Under the pieces are notes generated by a model that saw nothing but the letters and a program-made list of their open reading frames with translations, made no database searches and was not told the DNA's origin. From Anthoceros angustus (lineage: Eukaryota; Plantae; Anthocerotophyta), in contig MU008161.1 of assembly GCA_010909165.1 (NCBI GenBank), positions 1,798,001 through 1,862,000 of the forward strand: a DNA stretch of 64,000 bases, read 5' to 3'. This document shows, piece after piece, positions 1 through 14,467 of the stretch. A program made the position numbers and the translations under genes. The stretch's first letter is position 1; every line of letters starts with the position of its first letter.

Positions 1-52
1 CTTGTGCCAAACGTGCGGCAGCTTGCCCTTCTCACAAATCCTCACGTGTCAG

Positions 53-934
53 GACTCGCTTGCGGTACCACCCGAGGGCCGGCTTCCCAATGCAACAGAA
101 GGTAGTTTGCGCTTTTGCAGCTTGCGGTCATGTCATTTCTTTTGTTTGAGCAGACTTGTGAACCCCGTCGAGCTCCTCTCCGTTACAGGTTCCGCACATC
201 TACGGGATGTTTTCTACAGAATGGGTCTTAGTGACCAGGATATTGTTGCACTTTCGGGAGCTCACACCCTCGTAAGAAGTCTGGTCGTTGTTCCTTGGTA
301 TTCTTGCCGAGAAAGTGGTTCTGCCTGTGAGTCTAAGGCATCAATCATCTTGTTCCGTGGGTTCAGGGAAGAGCCCACAAAGACAGATCAGGGTTCGAAG
401 GACCTTGGACTGAGCACCCTCTGAAGTTTGACAACAGTTACTTCCAGTAAGGCAATATTCACTTCCCATGGTGTAGTTGGTGCAGGGCATATGAGTTCTA
501 AGATGAGAACGTCTTCGGCCTGATCTGGACAGGGAACTGCTTGATGGGGAGACAGGGGAGTTGCTACAGCTACCCACCGACAAAAGCCTAGTTGAGGATT
601 CCGCTTTCAGAGTATTTGTAGAGCTTTATGCCAAGGTAGGTACCTCGCCCACCAACTTTTTTATGAGTTGATAGGTCTCGTCGCCATTCCTACTGATCCT
701 TGCCTGGTATAGGACGAGGAGGCCTTCTTCAGAGACTATGCCGTGTCCCACAAGAAACTCTCTGAGCTCGGCTGCAAGGATACATCACCAGCCTTTGCTG
801 GACAGGCTCGCTCAGGCGACACTGTGAGCCCATCTGTCGTTTTGGGGCAGGCCGGGTTCGGAGTCCTGACTGCGGTTGCGGTTGTGGTGCTGAGCTACTT
901 GTACGAGGCCGGTAGAATAGTCGGCAAGAAGTAG
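53..934 (+). CDS. APX: Ascorbate peroxidase, peroxisomal membrane-anchored type (APX3-like); 5' part lies outside the window
   Basis: Exons 53-101, 189-271, 367-446, 533-635, 713-934, all GT-AG. They splice to ...[65 protein letters not shown]...LPTDKSL...[13 protein letters not shown]. The C-terminus is a hydrophobic segment followed by basic residues ([20 protein letters not shown]). Confidence 0.95.
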
Positions 935-1193
935 ATCACCACCTGCAGCAGAAGCCATTGTTGTCCTCAAAACTATTGATGGATGTCCCTGACGATTGTT
1001 AGTAAAGTTCGTGAAGTGCCTGTGCCTTTCCTGATTTGGTGAGTTTGTGACTCGGAAAGTAGTCGATCCATCAACGCAAAGTATACATACCGATACAGGT
1101 GGCTGGACACGCATTTGCATCCTTCCATGCCCCCGGCTAAGATTGAACAGCGAGCCATACGCGAAACAGGTGGAGGTCTCATTTAGGGCTAGC

Positions 1194-1201
1194 TAGGGTT
1201 T
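1194..1201. promoter_or_regulatory. Telo-box (TAGGGTTT / AAACCCTA) upstream of NAC-alpha
   Basis: Exact motif about 100 bp before the ATG at 1304. Telo-boxes are typical of promoters of plant translation-machinery genes. Confidence 0.55.
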
Positions 1202-1234
1202 AGAGCTGATTCAGGGTTTTATCCACTCGCCTAG

Positions 1235-1930
<696 letters not shown>

Positions 1931-4546
1931 AGCAGGGTTGGATTACTCATCTTCTTTCCTGTCGTAGCGTAGGACATACTGGAGGAGGCGACCGTGGGAA
2001 TCAGTTGAGGTTGGAACTTGATCTGCACAATTGAGGTTGCCAAGAACTTCTGTCCAGCACCTTGACTATGTCGGTCAAGGGCTTAATTTTTGCAAATGTA
2101 TTTGTCGGTGTATGTTGCACCGTTGGAGTGCAACAGCCAAAGCCTCAATGATATTTTCATGTTTTGCTTCACGCTGTGAATCTGTCGATTCATTTCTCTT
2201 CACCTTCTTTGAATAGCCTCCTGTAGGCATGGAGCGGGGCTGGACATGTTCTGGGTGCCTGGGCGAGATTTCGGGTCCACGAGTCAACCCTCGACCCGTA
2301 TGGAGACTTGCAGTTGGATATGTGGTGCAACCTCCGTGTGTCTCGGCGGTTCAGCACAGCAAGGCGGACTAGACAGATCCAATCTCGTCTGTTAAGCAAG
2401 TCTCGTATTAAGTCTCATCATACATTGTCAATATCTTTTTGTCGATATCTTTTCCTCAAAGTGTTCGAATGCTGCTTGGGTCTGGTCCTACTGACTACCG
2501 TTCTCTAGCCACAGGGATTCCTCGATGGGATGCCTGTTTCAAATCGTCGTAGGCTCAGAAGGCTTTGGTTTACTCTGACATCTTTTCTGCGAAAGGGATT
2601 AGTAGCTAGTCATCCTCCCTTTCAGCCGCCGTGTCTCTCTGTCACTCACATTACCCTTCTTCCATTGTTGGGCAGTCCATTTGCACCTGCTTCTGCCCCA
2701 GTAGGGTGACTGAACGATTTGGCCTCATAAATACTTCACTTGGATAAGCCTGTGGTTGCATTGCAGCAGCTCCACTATGGTCGATGCACCAGTGCGCAGT
2801 GCTGCCTTCAGTCAACCTGAGCATGCTCAAAGTTGTTGGATCATTACGCCACCGCCCTTCCTGGGAGCCATAAACACGCCTTAATGGACACGCTACTCAA
2901 TCTATACAATTCTTTGGCGATGGCCGACGTTGCCACCTGAAGTGCAGCTCTTATTCTCCCTCCCTCTCGTCAGCATCGGAAAAAGGTCCCTAAACACATC
3001 TTCATGGACACACTAAAAGTATAACAGTATTAGCACTCTACTCACTGAAAGTACTACAGTATTAGCACACTACTCAATCTACAGCAATCTTTGGCAAGCA
3101 TGGCCGAAGCCATCACCTGATATTCCGCCAGAAAAAAGAAGCTATCACCTAAAAGTGCATCGCACCCTCCCATCAGAATGGGAAACGTTCCACGTATCAA
3201 TTTATCATCCAGAACCATGGAGACACCCCCATGGTGCTGGCGCTCAAAGAGCACTGGGGCTCATGGCGATATGCTTGGACGTGACAGGCACCAGCAGGCT
3301 CCCATCCATGGAACAAGTCGGGTCAACGGAATGTCAAATTAACCACAAGCTGAGGACTTCATACTTGGGATGCCTTCGACTACAAATTGCATCGAGCAGT
3401 AAACAGCAAAAAACCAAGACAACACAGCACATAATGAGAACCAACACGGAAGGAAAAAACCGAAGGAAAACGCACTTAACCTCACTGGGGTTGCGCAGCA
3501 ACTAGGGAGGCATAAACAGATCACAAAATCATCCAACCATTTGATGGTCTCTGATAACAACTTCCCGGACACTGGCACCCTCAATGAGCCCAGTTTCTGT
3601 GAGGCTGTTATCAGAGATCATCATCAGGCAGCACAGGAAGACCAAGGCAGAGGAATGTAACGACAAGTCCTGAGCAAAACCTCTCGCTGGAGCCAAAGTC
3701 AGCCCCCTCCATGTCTTGGATCGGAGCAGGCAGAGTAAACAGAGCCACCAGAACAAACCTCCATCATCCCCATCTAAAAACTAGCCTTTGGGGAATCCCA
3801 AACCCAACTGGACAAGAACATGAGACACTCCAGCACCCATCCCCAAATGCCCAACTAACTCACAAACACACAGCGAATCAAGCAACAAGGCAGCATGGGC
3901 CTCCTCCCTCAAGTCACAAGAGCGCCAGATGTAAGATACATAAACCCTAGATAACGTTGAAACCAGCGCCAGCATGAACACCGCGTACATAGTCGTCGTC
4001 GGTGCTTCACTGTTCATACGCGTCTGCCCTCACAAGCCTTGTGCCAGCTAATGCCGCAACATCCCACTTGCTGCTCTTGAGCGGGTTCGCAAAGCCCCAC
4101 GTGGCCCCCGGTTCCACCACCATCATACAAGCATGTGGCTATGGGAGGAGATGCGCTATTCAGGGAATATGACAAGCGCACAGGCCAGGCTGCCCTGTCC
4201 AGCGTCCAATGCCACAAACCCTCCCATCAAACGCAATCAAGGTTGGGAGTGGCCTAAACTCAGATTAACTCGGAGCCGCCAACTTCCGGCGCCAACAACA
4301 GAACGGATGGTTATTGGACAGGTGGAGATGCCGATCCAGACGGAGGCCTGCTGGAGCAAGTGGGATGCGTTTAACAACGTCATCGATCTGGAATGCGGGT
4401 AGGAGCAAGGCGGCTGGACACAAAATAGCGCAGAAGTGGGGGCGGCAGGCCGCCGGGCCGCCGGGCGGGAGCTCGGTCTGGAATCTGCTCCTCTGTTCCT
4501 GCTGGGCTGATATAAATATCGATGTGGAAGCACGTTCTGGCCAAGC

Positions 4547-5202
4547 ATGGCAATGCAGGGAGCCCCGGGCACTGGCAGCAGCAAATCTGCAAGGTGGGTG
4601 GTGGCCAGGATATGCGTGGCCCTGTTATGCGCTCTCTGCGTGGTGCTGGGATCCACGGTTGCAGCGCAGTCGCAGGACGGCACCTTCACCACCTACCACG
4701 ATTACGACCCTCCCAACCATAACTGGGCTCTGGACGGGCTCTACTGCGCCACCGTCGATCTCGGGCAGCCTCTGTCGTGGAGACGGAAATTCTACTGGAC
4801 CGCCTTCTGCGGATCGGCTGGGGGACCCATGGGCCTCGACCTCTGCGGCCGCTGCCTCGGAGTATGTGTGGCATTGGCATGTGCTGCTCTGGATATCGTC
4901 TGCTGGAGGTTGATCAATTTTGGGTGTTGGAGTCTGATTTCTGCATAGCTCGCGCTGTGGGCTGGCTTGCAAGACTAGTTTGAACTTCGAAAAGACCTGC
5001 TCTTACAGTTTCGTGGGTCTGTGTCTCGGAATTCCAGGTGACCAATGACGACACCGGTGACAGCGTGAAGGTGAGGATTATGGATGAGTGTGCGAATGGG
5101 GGCTTGGATCTGGAACAAGCCGCCTTTGATGCCATCGATACCGACGGCCAAGGCCATTTCAACGGCCACTTGTTCACAAGATACTCGTTTGTGAACTGCT
5201 GA
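4547..5202 (+). CDS. PR4: Barwin-domain PR-4 protein (class II, no hevein domain), copy 1
   Basis: join(4547..4861,5038..5202). Signal peptide, then TYHDYDP...LYCATVD...[13 protein letters not shown]...CGRCLGVTN...[11 protein letters not shown]...GHL...FVNC*. TATAAATA at 4511-4518. Confidence 0.93.
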
Positions 5203-7991
5203 TGTGATCCAACTACAATGCTGCTGCATTGTTGAGGTCAGCTGTCCTCAAGCTCGCAGGATTGATAGATATATATCCCACAACTGATCTAGGGTAGCAA
5301 CCGAAGTCGCTCTTACACAGGGCTAGAATCGGTATTAGCACGCGCAGAACATCCGCATCTCAACAGTATGTACATATGGAACTGTACTCTGGCCGATCCT
5401 ATGTATGTTGATGAATATTAATTTCGGGGTCTCAGACTTTGAAATGTTGGAGGCGATCATGTGACACTCGACGCTGGAATCATGCATAGCGTCCTTCGTG
5501 GAAATCGAAGGAGTCATGATCTATTCGAGGATTTTCTTTTCCTCTCACAAGTTGATATCAAAGGCTGGTTGACACCATAATTTGGATCCTGGCATCATGG
5601 CATGCCACTGCAGGCCCTTTTGAAGTTCTGTGCATGACCACGGACCGTGTTGAACTGCGCTTCATGGATCGATGGAGAGCTACTTGGATGTGATGTTGGA
5701 CATTGTCTGACAAGATCTCACAAGCCACAGCCTATTGATGGCTTCATGGTTCCACGAGAGACTCGCCATGGCAATCTACTTTCAGCTTCACAGCCTACGA
5801 TGCACTCAGAAAATGCGAATATCTGCAGTGAACAGACATTGTGGATGTTGGTGCTCACCGAAGGCAAACGTTTCAACGTCAGAAACACCCGCTAGCTATT
5901 TTTGACAAGACTGTCCATTTTTTTGGAATGCAAAGTGGCTGTTGAAATGTGGACTTAAAAGGCCAAAGTACAGTCTTCTCTCCTAAAATATAGAACTATA
6001 AATAAAATATAGTAAAATTTTCTAATCATATGTTCGAGACGATCACAAAGTAAAGAGAACTGAACTAAATTGGATAATGGCAGTATCTTCAGTTCAACTA
6101 GGACAATGTTTTTTTAGCTGGCCTTGATCGTAGAAGGGCATGGTTAGAAGGACACATCACAAGAACAACATGAAGTGGTGTGTAACATTACTACTTACAA
6201 TTTAGGATAGAGAGATTATTATTGTCTTGGAACAACCTAAGGTCAAGCTTATAAAATTCAATCATTGGAGTATGTACATTTTTATTATGGAAAGTAGTGT
6301 ATACTTCATACCTATATGTTCTAAGGTTTCATGTAGCTTAACTGGAATGCCCTCCAAAAGGCATTTTCCGGTTGACCGGAATGACACAACCTCATGTTGC
6401 AAAGGGCTTTGGTCTGACGAAAGAAAGATGATATCCAAATAGTGGTACATAGGGAGCTTCTAGTCCGACGAGTTGAGTGTAATTGACATTTCAACGTGCG
6501 AGTGGATGTTGTTTGCAATGAGATTCTCCACCAAAGACCTCAAGTCTGGCATGTCTGCGCAATAGCCCGTCAAGAAGACTGCGCAACGGCCCATCAAGAA
6601 AGCAATCTGCTGCACAATCTTTCTACATGTATGCCTTGCTTGCCATGACTTCTTATTATGACAAACAACCTTCACGGATAAGGAGCTATGATACTAGAGC
6701 TGATGCAACCACAAGGAGCTATGATACTAGAGCTAATGCAACCACATTGAAAGCTCGGGCAATTGTATAATTTTCACATACTAATATTGTCAATATCAGG
6801 TCTCATTGCAGCAATCATTGTTGTGAGCAAAAGGTTTAATGACCACGGAAACCTTGTGCACAAACCAGCTCATCCACCTTGTAGAGAACCCTATCAATCA
6901 CCTCACCAAAAGATGGGTAGAAGGTACGTACCCCTGGCCTTTGTTCAATGTGTGCAACTTTCCTATCCATGTAGGGTTGGTGTAGTTCACTTGACCTTGA
7001 CAACGACCCACCTGCCGGCGTATGTAGTTCACTCGACCTTGACAACAACCCACCCACCGGCAAATCCACCAATGGCTGAAGAGGTGAATCCACCAGGCGA
7101 GCTATTTTTCCGCCACCAAACGATCTTCAATGTTCTAAGATTTATCATGATGCACGTCTCCAAGTTAAGGTGGCTTAGCTCGAACATCCTCTACAAGGCA
7201 TTTTTGGGGTGTATTAGTTTACATCTCCAAGCTCAATTTGTTGAAGAAGACAACTTGATAGAGGTAATAATGGTAATATAGTATCACATGTAGTTGACCT
7301 ATGAATTTGTCACAATCTAAGGTTTCCACCTCCTATAATGAAAAATGCAGGACCAACACTAGGCTATCCTACCACAAAGCACAAAGTCACGTTTTTAAAT
7401 TTGAGGGTGCCGATCTAATATGTGGTCGGCCGGATTTGGCATCAACCGACATGAGCTAGAAGAAGAACAACAAATTTAAAGTACAAATGCATATCGGTAT
7501 TATACATTTTTATCGAGGTGCAAATAACTATGTTTGGAAGTTCATAAAATCCATGTACAGAATGGACATACATCAAGTATGTTGTGGATGGGCCCCCGAG
7601 GGGGCAAAGAGAAGAAGAAAAAGGAAAACATAAAAGTCACATGGATACTGGTATTCATCCAGCACCTCATGAGGGCTATATTAAGATGGATTCATATTTT
7701 AATTATTTAATAAATTATATTCATATATAAATAGTAATTTTTATTATCATAAGCTTATGATAGAATAAACAAACAACTACTGAAACCTAAACGTTTTTTA
7801 GTCATGAGATGCATTCACTACATGAAGGGATTTGGTTCACCGTTCTCGAAATTATGTGAAGCGATTTAGCTCACCGTTCTCAAAATTGTGTTAAGTCATC
7901 AATGCCAATAGTGGTGCGTGTTCTACTTTTGTACTCGCCCGCCTATAATTGGTCTACATCTTTCAAGCTGTGCCATCTCTTGGCACTGCTT

Positions 7992-8225
7992 TATTAGAGA
8001 TGGGCAATGAAAGTAGTGCTTAGTAAGAAATGAGCAATATTAATCAAAGTAGAGCAGAGAGGGGAAAGCACAACATACTAGAGAAGGAGGAGGTTCCTTC
8101 TCCGGAGATATTAGAGATGGGCAATGAAAGTAGTGCTTAGTAAGAAATGAGCAATATTAATCAAAGTAGAGCATAGAGGGGAAAGCACAACATACTAGAG
8201 AAGGAAGAGGTTCCTTCTCCGGAGA
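7992..8225. repeat. Direct tandem duplication, 2 x 117 bp, in AT-rich probable transposon debris
   Basis: tattagagatgggcaatgaaagtagtgctt...ccttctccggaga occurs at 7992 and 8109, nearly identical. Confidence 0.9.
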
Positions 8226-9651
8226 AGGCCGTAGCGGAACCACAAGAGAAGGAGGAGGAGGTTAGTGATCCCCTGCCTTAAAGCAAGAGTGCTCATCCAA
8301 TCCGTTCATAAATTTAGGCTGAACCGTATCGCTTTCACTTCTGATAAGTTCAGGATGAACAATATCGCTATTAGTCTCTCCCTTTTCTAACTGTTATCAA
8401 AGTAATTTCAATATATAAGTTAACTTAATCAAACTCTGTAGGAATGGAATCCAAAAGTGGGATAGATTATGTGGGCATGTTCAGAACTCCACGTGTGTGT
8501 GCTTGTAGCATTAGGAACTCTTATCTTGATTGAAGCCGTTGATGAAAGATGTTGTTTTGAATGAGTTGGGCCTGCTGGAATGATGATGGTAGATTGCCTT
8601 TTAATCCCCAATCCGTGCTTAGGATTCGGGCAAGGTGGGCATAGGATAGAGGCCATAGGAGTGACGCGGAGAGATAAGGCGCCTCTCTCAACACAAGGGT
8701 CGATCACTATAGTGGGGTGATTGAAAGGGTTTATAGGGGCAGGTCCAAGCAAAGAAACGTGACGATGCAAGGCTGGAAAAGATGCGATTCCGGAGATGTG
8801 AGATGGCACATGGGAATGGGAGCCCAGCCCTTCAGAGCGCCTTTAGAGCAAGACATAGAGAGCGCATCTCTTAAAGCGTATGCCATAAAGAGCGGCGTTT
8901 GACCAGGGTTTGCGATCTTTGACTCTCCAGTTCGTACTGTATGTAGTATGTGGCCCGGGTACTGTATACCTGGGCACATACGGGAGATGGTGAGGTGGCG
9001 ATGGAGGAAAAGGTGAAACGGGATGAAAGAGCGCGGAGTTACTTGCGGTACGGAAGGTGTTGAGAAGGTGGTGGTGAGCTAGTGCGTGGCGTTTGCAAAG
9101 CTCGCTGGGGTGGGCTGGGCTGTCTACTCTCCGGTGCGGCCTGGGCCTGGCTGCACGCCGCGGCGCGGAAGAGGGTTGGGGCTGGAGGGTGGCGCTTGCC
9201 GAGCGCGGAGGGGAGGGGAGGGGAGGGGAGAGGACGGGAAAGGAGGAGAGGAGAGGAGAGGTGAGGGGAGGCCGGGAGCCTGGAGCGAGCGGGCGCGGCT
9301 TCGGCATCGGCATCGGCGTCGGGCCGCCCTGCCGGCGCTGCCCTTTCCCAATGCGCAGCGAGGCGGTCTTGTGCGCTGCACGCCCCGCCCAGCTGCATTT
9401 CTGTGAGCCGTGTACATACCGCATACCATATGTTACTCCTATCTGACAGAGGGGTTTCCCTGCTTTCCCAGAGCACCGCATGCATGGGGTGTGTCTCCTT
9501 CCTTTCACCTCTGCTACTGCGTACTAGATTTGGAGGAATGTGTGTGTGGCAATGCAAGGCTAGGTTTAGGGGTGAGGCTAGGGCTTGGCTTGGCTTGGCT
9601 TGGCTTGCCTGGCTGAGGTAGTCTTGTGTGCGTCGCATCGCATCGCATCGC

Positions 9652-10833
9652 ATGGCAGCGAGGTTCCATCTGGTGCAGATTATGACGTGTACTGTGTATT
9701 CTGTTCATGTGTCCAACGCGGTGACTGTGGACGTGCATTTGGAACAGAGCAGTGGCTGTGTCGGAGGTTGTGTCAAGCCCCCTCCCGTGACGGCGTCCGA
9801 GAAGCCTTCCAAGAGGCAGAGGTCTTCCAAGCGGGGGGTGCGGGCGCACAGCCACCCCCCGAAAGACTGGTGGACCTCCAGCTCCAATGAAATGGACAAC
9901 AACTCTGCTAATTCCCGAGCTTCGCACAGGTTAGCGTCTTCGGCAGCTGGTGGTGCTAACCATAGCCAAGATAGTAGCAGAGGAGCCAACAATGCCAACT
10001 CCGGCGTGTTCGTCAACCACGGTAGGAGGCTTGCTTGCGTCGCGTCGCGTCGCCTCTTGCTTGCGTCTTGCCTGTGTAGGGACTCACTCCCTGCTGCCCG
10101 TTGCTTGCAGCCTTGGCGTTGTGGAATGAGAGGAGGCGGGAATGGGTGGGATCTCATCCCAGGCAACGATCGCGGCAGCCTCCTGAACCTGTGATCAGGT
10201 GGGAGACTTGGCTTGCCTTACTTTTTCCCTCCTGCCAACCACTGCTGCTGAAATCTTGGTTTAGGCTTCATTTCTTCCTTGCTGCTCCATCATCTGTTTC
10301 TTGCGGCTCTTGCACCCAAGATGATGCTTCCCTGTGACGGCTAACGTTCATGCATTATTGTCATTTGTGTATCCTGCTTTCTGCGAACCTTTTCCCTTAA
10401 TGGCCCTCCTTTATTCCCCTTGTGATCAGGGAGTCCATACAGTTCGATTTCTGTGGCAAGCTGCTGACCATCTGCAAGTTGGTTCACACTATGTGCAGTT
10501 GGAGTACGACATATGAAGAGTTGCTTGCAACAAGTCGGCCATTCCCGCAGCCTGTACCTCTGCCTGTAAGTTCAGCTCATCCTTGTCCATGCCTCTACGC
10601 CCTTGAACACTTGAACAGCATGTCACAGGCTACCTTGATTCTACCATACAGCCACCGCTGAATGGGTTCTCTTGTAGGCTACAACTGTAGCAAGTAGCTT
10701 CTCTTGTCTTTTTTTTATTGAGGCAGATAGTGTAACCAACGCACTGACGCCAGGTATCTTACTTTTGCTGCAGGAGATGGTGGACTTCCTTGTGGATGTG
10801 TGGAAGCAGGAAGGACTGTACGAAGACGGCTAA
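9652..10833 (+). CDS. DUF4050 / Gag1-like clamp domain protein; start codon uncertain
   Basis: Exons about 9652-10021, 10111-10198, 10499-10565, 10774-10833. They splice in frame to GCVGGCVKPPP...WWTSSSNEMDN...FVNHALALWNERRREWVG...SWSTTYEELLATSRPFPQPVPLPEMVDFLVDVWKQEGLYEDG*, the characteristic plant DUF4050 C-terminus. It is missed as one ORF because of the introns. Confidence 0.85.
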
Positions 10834-11384
10834 CTAGTCTTCTGCCAGTTTGTTTTCAGAAAAAAGTACATGACTATTTCTGTCTCTCTTATCGCTGCTG
10901 CACAAGAGGCGTCCCTGGACGCTTTCGCAACTCCCCTCTGAGGTACTTGCTGAGGTCAAGCTCTGGGCACCAAGTCTCCTTTTCGCCATTTTCGGGGACC
11001 TCTCTTCTCGAAATCCTCGTGAGCAAATGTGAGATGGATAGACGACACTTTTGGTACTCGCCCGAGGTGCGTCCTGACTTTGGCACCATTGGAGCTCTTT
11101 CTTAATCAGTGCACGACATGGTGCTGTCCACCGCATTGGTTGGATGGATAATCGTCACAGGTAACCAGACGCTTTTCGTCTGCTTAATGAAATATTGTTC
11201 TGTGGTCCACAGTCCCTATCGTGCCACCTACTACATGGAGCACAATTTCGAGTTTCGTCGTTTCCCATACACCCTCAAAGAGTGTGCTTGAATTTGCTCT
11301 TCTCGATTTGTGCCATAACCACGAGCGAATCAGCATAATCTTCGTGGTGGCATAGTGGAACCGAATGTGCATGCATTACGACGG

Positions 11385-11560
11385 AGTCCTACTTTTAGAA
11401 ATGAACCTTGAAGAATTGTCCCACTTTTACAAACGAGTATGACTTTTATGAATAAACCTTGAAGAAATGTCCTATTTTTACAAATGAGTACGACTTTTAG
11501 AAATGAACCTTGAACAAATGTCTTTACTTTTACGAATGAGTATGACTTTTAGAAATGAGT
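11385..11560. repeat. Degenerate tandem repeat, unit about 51 bp, about 3.3 copies
   Basis: acttttagaaatgaaccttgaa... recurs at about 11391, 11442, 11493 and 11545. Confidence 0.8.
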
Positions 11561-14467
11561 ACATATGTACCTTGAACTTCCCAAATTGGATAAAATTCTT
11601 GAAGGACATGGGCTTTCACATAACTAACTAACATAGAGACCTTCCCAAAGCATGTGGGACTTATAAGATCATTAGCAGATATAAATAAAGTTGTTGGTCT
11701 AAGTCACAATAAGAATATGGTGGTTGAGCATTCTGGTCCTAGATAAGGTATGACAGAACATGCTTACATTTTGATCATGTTCAATCTCTATCGAAGGTAT
11801 GACAGAACATGCTTACATTTTGATCACTTTCAATCTCTATCAATTCTCATTTATGTAGTTATCTATCAGTTCTCATTTAGTTGTTTATCAGTTCTCATTT
11901 AGTTGTCTTAAACCCACAATCTGACATCTCCCGTGCTTCATTATAGATTGCTTGGCATTTTTCCATGTTCATAAAGTGATATTATACCGGGGGTGCTTAT
12001 CTCATACAAAGATCGAAATAGGATACGAGAGTGCTAAGTTAGAAGCTCGAAAAAGGATACTGAAGTGCTAAATTATACGGCGACCGAGACATTGATTGAG
12101 ACATACAGGTTGCAGGGGACGTTGATTGAGACATGTCGGTCGAAGGGGTTTATGCCATAGGTAGAAATAGGATACGGGAGTGCTAAGTTTTAAGGCGGCA
12201 GAAATAGGATACGGGACATTGACTGAGACATAAATGTCGCAAAGGTTCTACGACGCTGGTGGCCGACAACGGAGGGGACGGATGACTGCCATGACATATT
12301 GACATGGGATTTGGATGAGCTAGGTGGTGGGTCCCACATACTTTGGGAGGTATGCTCTATCATTACTTCGTACGGAGTTTTGTCACCCGCGCATTTGAAG
12401 CCACCATTTATTCCCATACAAAACTAAATATAATTACGCCATTTGAAGGCACCATTTACCAGGAACTTTCAAACTTGATTAGATTTATGTCATTTGAAGC
12501 TCCCTAATAACCACAACTTACAAAACTGAATAAAATTATGTAGTTTGGACTATCTATGTGACACTAGGTATCAAACATCTTGGTAGAAGAGTAGATATTT
12601 TATGCTTCGATTAAAGTTTGATATCCCTAAATGTCTCAATAGTACCCAAGGAATTGTGTGTACATGCACATTATGAAGTTATTTTTGTATTTATAGATGA
12701 TTTTTATTCCTAGAACACATGCTTCATGCATACCTATATATTCTTATATTTTATATTTATCATAATTCAATATAACATATATATTGAGTTCCGGTTTTAT
12801 TTTGAGATATTTCATACACATGTAATACTTCATGTTTTCATTTCATAATAAATAAAATGGAGTGTTACAAATTATTCACCATTTACACTATTTAAGTACT
12901 TCAAGTTTAATATTATAACTCTAGCACAAAAAATTAAAAAAAAAAGAATCTTTGAAAATTCCCAAATACTCGTCATACGCTTCTCTTTCAACACAAGATA
13001 CCCCTTGTCACAAGCCTATAAGAGATCTATTCTATTATCTGTCTTTAGAAAATAAAGAAAGTTTCCTATGTGGTTGAGCTTTCACCAATATGAATTCCTT
13101 GATAACTTTAACAATCTCGAGCTTCTTCTTCACAACATTCAGTGGAGTTTATGGAAAGTTTGGACCTGCTAGTCCATTTGATAAAGTTACAACTGGAATT
13201 TTTCAAGAAGAATGTAAGTGATCTATATTTTTATCTCAAAAGTATTTGCTTGTGGCTTGTGATCCTACCCAATAAAAGATACTTTTTTAAAAATATTCAT
13301 ATAACATTGGAGATTTACTATTCAGGGTGCGATCCAAATAATGTTTGGACAAGAAAATTCTCTCCTCTTGGTGATTTCAATACTACTGTTGGTTGGTATC
13401 TTTGGAGTGACTCCCTTGCTTGCGGTGATGTATACACAATTTCTTGCGTGAACTCACTTGCACATAAAAGAAATCCTTGTAAGGCTAATAAATCAATTAT
13501 GGTTACAGTTGTAGGTCTATGTGTTAGTTGTACGGGGAACGGATTTCAATTATCCCGAGTAGCATATGATGCTATAGCTGATGTCCATTCTCCAGTAATT
13601 TCAGTAGAATACATTCCAGTTGTGTAGAAACTGCAAGTCATGAATAATAGCATGACTTTCTTTTAGTTTATAATAAAATATTAAATATTATATAATATAT
13701 GGATGATAAGTACTAAATAATAGATAATAATAATATGATAGAAATCCTCAAAATGTTTTATATTGGTTCTACAATTATATAATGTATCATAATCATTAGC
13801 TCTGTTATGTTAGGTGTTCAATATGAAATCATCATAGATGGGAAGTGGGATTTAGTTTTGGCATCTCTCATTGTGCCAGGTTCACTTCTTTATTGGGACA
13901 AAGAGATAATGGAGATACCCCATCTAGCCGAGGACATGAAAGGGAGACCTCCAAAGGTGCCGCCAAAAGGTAGAAAGGAGGTTATCTTGCATGTCCTAGT
14001 GGTTAGCTAATCTATTTTGTGTCTTACACTTTGTGTCTTACAACTATGATATCATATAACGTCCAGACTTGGATATGGGTATATCAATACAAATAAGATA
14101 TTATCTAATTATAAAATAAACAAAAATATACTATTTTGTAATTGTTAACATCCAAATCTGCCACGGAACTACCGGGAGCTTCAGCTTCCAATGGGCCAAA
14201 GCCACGTGACACTCAAAAGTATGTTTACTCCACAACATTGACTCGCAGTCATCAGGCTGGCCCAACGACGAGCACCGGCCAGAGGTGTGTGGCCACGAGA
14301 GCAGAAGGAAATTCCGAGTCGAACACTTCACTCTGATTCAGACCTTCAGACCTACTGGAGACGTGGCTGGTGGTCTGCTCCCCTACGACTTGTTGACGCT
14401 CCTGAACCTTCTACAGTCAAGGCTGAAGGAAGCTATAAAGGACTGATGATAGCAATGTGGAATTCAC

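Noticed and set aside
6227-6450. Possible Ulp1-type protease fragment of a DNA transposon (NHWSMYIF)
   Set aside because: A single short motif with no catalytic Cys region or element ends visible.
8843-9653. Overlapping ORFs of 100-220 aa
   Set aside because: They come from GA-rich and pentamer repeats in the 5' region of the DUF4050 gene.
12950-13640. Possible retroelement or endogenous pararetrovirus RNase H/integrase relic on the minus strand (LQRYQPTVVLKSPRGENFLVQTL)
   Set aside because: Only one short, weak resemblance among many stops. It cannot be assigned without a profile search.
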